Assembly: GCF_003611585.1 (NCBI RefSeq)
Contig: NZ_RAVW01000068.1
Location: forward strand, 1-29,627
Direction of reading: 5' to 3'
Length of the DNA stretch: 29,627 bases
Source of the DNA: Corallococcus exercitus
GTDB taxonomy: Bacteria > Myxococcota > Myxococcia > Myxococcales > Myxococcaceae
Both the position numbers and the translations under genes were made by a program. A model generated the notes under the pieces. The model was given only the letters and a program-made list of their open reading frames with translations. It was not told where the DNA came from and made no database searches. This document shows, one piece after another, positions 25,677 to 29,627 of the stretch (position 1 is the first letter of the stretch; each line of letters begins with the position of its first letter).

Positions 25677-25904
25677 ATGAGCGACGAGCGCGAAGACACG
25701 ACCGTATACAAGGTCGTCGTCAACCACGAAGAGCAGTACTCCATCTGGCCCGCGGACCGTGAGAACGCGCTGGGCTGGAAGGACGCCGGCAAGCAGGGCC
25801 TGAAGGCCGAGTGCCTGGAGTACATCAAGGAGGTCTGGACGGACATGCGTCCCCTGAGCCTCCGCAAGAAGATGGAAGAGGACGCGGCCCGCAACAAGAA
25901 CTGA
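25677..25904 (+). CDS. mbtH: MbtH-like protein
   Basis: [53 protein letters not shown] matches the MbtH consensus (VLVNDEGQHSLWP...GW...G.....CL.YVEENWTDLRP.SLR). AGGAG 10 nt upstream of ATG 25677. Confidence 0.85.
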   Translation: MSDEREDTTVYKVVVNHEEQYSIWPADRENALGWKDAGKQGLKAECLEYIKEVWTDMRPLSLRKKMEEDAARNKN

Positions 25905-25928
25905 GGACCGCGTGCGCTTCCCACCGCG

Positions 25929-25952
25929 CCCTCCCCGCTTCAACGGGGAGGG
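25929..25952. terminator. Perfect 9-bp hairpin between convergent mbtH-like and luxR-family genes
   Basis: CCCTCCCCG-cttcaa-CGGGGAGGG; a second hairpin, GCCGGACC-gtttaga-GGTCCGGC, follows. Confidence 0.55.
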
Positions 25953-25965
25953 TGGGCCGGACCGT

Positions 25966-26652
25966 TTAGAGGTCCGGCGGAGGCCTGACGCCCAGGTGGC
26001 AGGCGCGCAGGGCAAGTTGGGTGCGGTTCTCCGCGCCCAGCTTGCGGTAGAGCTGCGTGACGTGTGACTTCACGGTGCGCTCGGCGATTTGAAGATGCGC
26101 GGCGATCTTCAGGTTGTCCGCCCCGCCCGCCACGTACTGGAGCACCTCGCGCTCCCGCTGCGTGAGCAGCAAGAGCACGCTCGCCGTGGGTGACGTCACC
26201 GGCGGATGCTCGAAGTCGTTGCGCAGCAGCTGCACCGGGAAGAGGCGCTCGCCCCGCACCAGTGACTGCACCGCGGAGGACACCGCGTTCACGCCCAGTC
26301 CGGCGCGGAAGAGGTACCCCGAGGCCCCCTCGTCGAAGCACTGGGAGATGACCTCCGGCGTGCTCACCGCGGACAAGAGCAGCATGCGCACTTCCAGCCG
26401 GCGCTTACGGGCCTCACGCAGCAGGTTGAGCCCCTCCGTCACGGAGCATCCGATGGCGGCTTCGCCGTCGCTCTCCACGTCGAGGATGGCCACCTGCGGT
26501 GGATCCGTGCCGAGTCCGTCCAGGAAGCCGCGCACGTCGCGCGTCACCGAAGTGGAATGACCCTCACCCCGAAGCCCATCGGACAAGCCCTGCCAGGCCG
26601 CCCATGGTCCTTCGAGAATCGAAATACGAACTGCCGATTGATTCGCTGCCAT
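25966..26652 (-). CDS. LuxR/NarL-family response regulator (atypical receiver + HTH)
   Basis: C-terminal LuxR HTH: LTQREREVLQYVAGGADNLKIAAHLQIAERTVKSHVTQLYRKLGAENRTQLA. Receiver-like AILDVESDG...MLLLSAVSTPE...GASGYLFR, but with EG in place of the usual acidic DD pair near the N-terminus. ATG at 26652 (MAANQS); the upstream start 26709 is possible. Confidence 0.75.
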   Translation of the reverse strand: MAANQSAVRISILEGPWAAWQGLSDGLRGEGHSTSVTRDVRGFLDGLGTDPPQVAILDVESDGEAAIGCSVTEGLNLLREARKRRLEVRMLLLSAVSTPEVISQCFDEGASGYLFRAGLGVNAVSSAVQSLVRGERLFPVQLLRNDFEHPPVTSPTASVLLLLTQREREVLQYVAGGADNLKIAAHLQIAERTVKSHVTQLYRKLGAENRTQLALRACHLGVRPPPDL

Positions 26653-27134
26653 GCGATGGCCCCCCAGCCGTCGTGGCGAATTGCTTTCAATGCTACCTGT
26701 CGACTTCAACCTGCCCCGGAGTCGGTGGAAACGCGGCGGAACTTCCGCCTGTGCTGAGCGTGCGAGAACCGCGCTTCAACTCCATCCGGGGGTCTTGTCA
26801 GTGCTGCCCTGCGGACTGCGCTTGCGACTGCCGAACTGGCCCATCCGGGCCGTTCCTCCCTTTCCGTTTCAGGCAATTCCTGCCAACCGAGACCCTAACA
26901 TCATCCAAGGCCTGTTGCGAACCGCCCCTGTCGGGACTGTCAATTGCGCACGAATCGTATCGAAATCCAGGGCCCTGTCCGTCAGGTCGTGATCGCTGTC
27001 GGCCGCGGGACACGCATCCTGCGTCCACATTTCAATGTTTCGCCTGCTGTTTCGCCCTGTGCCCTCGCATGGCGCCAATGCACGGAGATGGCGCGTCCTG
27101 GACGCCAAGGGCGTATGCTGTGCGTCCCGCGCGC

Positions 27135-27920
27135 ATGACTCCCTCCGCCCCCGCACCCCACGTCGACGTCGCCACGCCCGAACGCGTGGCGCTCTCCCTG
27201 CCCGTGGCCGGCATCGGCTACCGCTGTCTCGCGTGGCTGGTGGACGCGAGCCTGCTGTTCTTCTTCTGGGTGGCGCTCTACTTCGTCATCACGCTGCTGG
27301 TGTCCGACGTGCTGGGTGCCTTCCAGGCGCTGTCGGGGCTCACGCAGACATTGCTCGCGGTGGGCCTCTTCGCCACGCAATGGCTGTACTGGACGCTGGC
27401 GGAGGTCTTCTTCCATGGACAGACACCCGGCAAGCGCGTGATGCGCATCCGGGTGGTGCGCGAGGATGGCTCGCCGGTGGGCTTCTACGAAAGCGCGGTG
27501 CGCAACCTCTGCCGCGCGGTGGACTTCCTGCCGGTGCTCTACGCCACCGGGTGCATCACCATGCTGCTGGACTCGCGGCACCGCCGGCTGGGGGACCTGC
27601 TCGCCGGCACCGTGCTGGTGCGCGAGGAGGCCATCGACCTGGACAAGTACACACAAGGTCCCCCGGACGAGGCCGCGTCCGGCACCGCGCCCGCGCCTGG
27701 CTCCGCCGTGCAGCGGCCCCTGGACGCGGAGGACGTGGAGCTGGTGCTGGCGTTCCTCGCGCGCGCGCCCGGTCTGGAGCCGGAGGTGCGCCAGCGGCTG
27801 GGAGCGCGGCTGGTGGACCGCGTGGGCGCGTCGCTGACGGACGAGGAGCGCGCGCGGGTGCTCCAGTCCCCGGACGCCACGGAGGCCTTCCTGCGCACGC
27901 GCGCGAAGGCGGCCCACTGA
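27135..27920 (+). CDS. RDD family membrane protein
   Basis: YRCLAWLVDASLLFF...GKRVMRIRVVREDGSPV...RAVDFLPV...LDSRHRRLGDLLAGTVLV (RDD motif). Alternative upstream start at 27069. Confidence 0.8.
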   Translation: MTPSAPAPHVDVATPERVALSLPVAGIGYRCLAWLVDASLLFFFWVALYFVITLLVSDVLGAFQALSGLTQTLLAVGLFATQWLYWTLAEVFFHGQTPGKRVMRIRVVREDGSPVGFYESAVRNLCRAVDFLPVLYATGCITMLLDSRHRRLGDLLAGTVLVREEAIDLDKYTQGPPDEAASGTAPAPGSAVQRPLDAEDVELVLAFLARAPGLEPEVRQRLGARLVDRVGASLTDEERARVLQSPDATEAFLRTRAKAAH

Positions 27921-27921
27921 G

Positions 27922-28932
27922 ATGGCCGTGCCCCTGCCCACGTTCGTCACGCGGCGCCGCCCGGACTGGGACGCGCTCCAGGCACTGCTCACGCGTCAGC
28001 GCACGGGCCGCCTGGGCCTGACGGAGCTGCGCACGCTGGACACGCTGTACCGGCGCGCGGCCGCGGACCTGGCGCAAGCCCAGACGTTCTATCCAGGCAC
28101 GGACGCGCACCGCTTCCTCAACCAGCTGTGTGGCCAGGCGTATGGCGCCATCTACCAGCCCCCGCGCGAGCGCTGGGCCTCCACGCGCGACTTCTTCCGC
28201 CGCGACTTCCCCGCCACGCTGCGCCGCGAGGCGCGCTTCGTGGGCGTGAGCGCGGGCCTGCTGGTGCTGGGGCTGCTCCTGGGCGCGCTGGTCGTGACGC
28301 TGGAGCCGCGCGGCGCGGAGCTGCTGGTGCCGGAGGGCGTGCGGCGCTACGTGGCGCAGGGGCGCATGTGGACGGACGACCTCCTGTCCGTGGCGCCGCC
28401 CAATGCCGTCGCGTCCGGCATCGCGACCAACAACCTCACCGTCACGCTGTTCGCGTTCGCGTCCGGCATCCTGCTGGGCGTGGGGCCCATCTTCACGCTC
28501 GTGAACAACGGCGTGCTCATTGGCGCTGTGGGCGCGCTGTGCTTCCGCGAGGGAATGACGGCGGGCTTCCTGGACTTCATCGCCGCGCACGGGCCGGTGG
28601 AGCTGTCCATCATCGTCATCGCGGGCGGCGCGGGGCTGATGGTGGGCCAGGCGCTCATCGACCCCGGCGAGCTGCCGCGCGCGCAGGCGCTCCAGGCGCG
28701 CGGACGTGAGGCGGTGAAGCTGGTGGTGGGCTGCGCGCCCTTCCTCGCCGGCATCGGCATGGTGGAGGGCTTCATCTCCCCGGGCCACCTGTTCCCCACC
28801 TGGGCCAAGGTGGGGCTGGGCCTGTCATTGGGAGCGCTGTTCTGGCTCTACCTGTTGCGCGCGGGCAGGACGGACGCGGGCGTGGCGCGCGTGGGCGAAC
28901 CGGACGCCATCGCCTCCAGCCGCTTGCGCTGA
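27922..28932 (+). CDS. SpoIIM-like / DUF95 family membrane protein (commonly paired with RDD proteins)
   Basis: Begins 1 nt after the RDD stop. Multi-TM C-terminal half with NNGVLIGAVGALCFREG...FIAAHGPVELSIIVIAGGAGL, typical of stage II sporulation protein M-like proteins. Confidence 0.7.
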   Translation: MAVPLPTFVTRRRPDWDALQALLTRQRTGRLGLTELRTLDTLYRRAAADLAQAQTFYPGTDAHRFLNQLCGQAYGAIYQPPRERWASTRDFFRRDFPATLRREARFVGVSAGLLVLGLLLGALVVTLEPRGAELLVPEGVRRYVAQGRMWTDDLLSVAPPNAVASGIATNNLTVTLFAFASGILLGVGPIFTLVNNGVLIGAVGALCFREGMTAGFLDFIAAHGPVELSIIVIAGGAGLMVGQALIDPGELPRAQALQARGREAVKLVVGCAPFLAGIGMVEGFISPGHLFPTWAKVGLGLSLGALFWLYLLRAGRTDAGVARVGEPDAIASSRLR

Positions 28933-29363
28933 CGGTGCTTGAGGATGCGCTCGTAGGCGGCGTTGAGCTCGCGCATCTGCTCCGCGGAGCCGCCCCGGTC
29001 CGGGTGCCGCTCCATGGCCAGCGCGTGGAAGCGCGCGCGGATGACGTCCGGCGGATCCAACGGCGAGACGCCCATCGTCTGGTACGGGCACTGCTCCTGG
29101 ACGGCGGTGAGCCACTGGTCCAACCGGGCCTTCACCTCCACGAAGCGCGCGTCCGCGTCCGCGGTGTCCTTCACCGGGTGCGTGCGCATCTTCGCGTCCG
29201 CGCGGAAGACCTCGCTGTAGGTGCTGGACACCCAGCGGTGGCATGAACCGCACCGGTAGTACTTCACCCGGCTCCCGGGCTGGAGTGTCATCATCACGCC
29301 GCAGTGGGTGCACTCCACCGTGACGTTCTCCAGTGTCTGCCAGCTCGCGACCGCCGCACCCAT
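28848..29363 (-). CDS. J-domain (DnaJ-like) protein with N-terminal CxxC...CxxC zinc ribbon
   Basis: CTHCGVMMTLQPGSRVKYYRCGSCHRW zinc ribbon. J-domain with HPDRGG (HPD motif): IRARFHALAMERHPDRGGSAEQMRELNAAYERI. ATG at 29363. Confidence 0.7.
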   Translation of the reverse strand: MGAAVASWQTLENVTVECTHCGVMMTLQPGSRVKYYRCGSCHRWVSSTYSEVFRADAKMRTHPVKDTADADARFVEVKARLDQWLTAVQEQCPYQTMGVSPLDPPDVIRARFHALAMERHPDRGGSAEQMRELNAAYERILKHRQRKRLEAMASGSPTRATPASVLPARNR

Positions 29364-29509
29364 GGTGACTTCGACCTCCGTTCGCAACACGCCTGTAGCA
29401 GCGGCAACCTCCCACGTCCGGCGATCCCGTCAAGAAAATGTCGCGGACGACCCAGGGGGCGGCCCCGGTGCGCTGCCGGGCTTCCCGGGTTTCGGGTAGA
29501 ACGAGGCCC

Positions 29510-29627
29510 ATGCGACCGCTCCTCGCCGCCGCCCTGCTCCTGACCGCCGCCGCGCACGCCCAGGCCCCGTCGGCCCCGGCCGCCGCGCCCAAGGCCTCTC
29601 CGAAGCCCGAGAAGGCCCCTGTGGAGA
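29510..29627 (+). CDS. 5' end of a secreted protein gene (partial; signal peptide MRPLLAAALLLTAAAHAQA)
   Basis: ATG followed by a canonical signal peptide with an AHA-Q cleavage site; runs off the window end. Confidence 0.4.
   Translation, partial: MRPLLAAALLLTAAAHAQAPSAPAAAPKASPKPEKAPVE

Noticed and set aside
1-29627. Search for tRNA/rRNA genes and CRISPR arrays
   Set aside because: No cloverleaf-like GTTCGAATCC-type T-arm motifs, no rRNA-like conserved blocks and no regularly spaced short repeats were seen. The only notable repeats are the 87-nt direct repeat pair and short palindromes.

Overview
High-GC (~70%) bacterial chromosomal window with myxobacterial character (many lipoproteins/secreted proteins, SBBP beta-propeller repeats, a paralogue of the Myxococcus prolyl endopeptidase). 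About 27 genes. Housekeeping or conserved genes: a biopterin-type aromatic amino-acid hydroxylase with a long C-terminal extension, an RdgC-like gene split across two frames, a PBP4/S13 D-Ala-D-Ala carboxypeptidase lipoprotein followed by a secreted S9A prolyl oligopeptidase, an alanine-racemase-fold PLP enzyme, a YdeI/DUF1801 protein, a DUF4105 membrane protein, an MbtH-like protein, a LuxR-type response regulator, an RDD + SpoIIM-like membrane pair, and a zinc-ribbon J-domain protein. Four loci stand out. (1) A full-length homologue of the eukaryotic major vault protein (MVP repeats + shoulder + cap-helix) at 4839-7118, read directly from the translation. (2) A lipoprotein with a low-GC C-terminal PD-(D/E)xK-like toxin domain, translationally coupled (ATGA overlap) to a putative immunity gene; this matches the polymorphic lipoprotein toxin cassettes that myxobacteria use for kin discrimination. 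(3) A ~2.8 kb AT-richer islet at 14.8-17.6 kb. It carries a proteasome/HslV-like Ntn-hydrolase-fold protein, a multiply frameshifted gene remnant, and an AbiJ-like HEPN (Rx6H) protein. The AbiJ-like cassette is bracketed by an 87-nt imperfect direct repeat that duplicates the 5' end of the downstream gene. This is a candidate undescribed defence islet. (4) A Macro + SLOG/NDT-like two-domain protein (ThsA-like architecture) transcribed divergently from a tandem cNMP-binding protein. No tRNA, rRNA or CRISPR was seen. Several long ORFs in the provided track are antisense artefacts of the high GC content.
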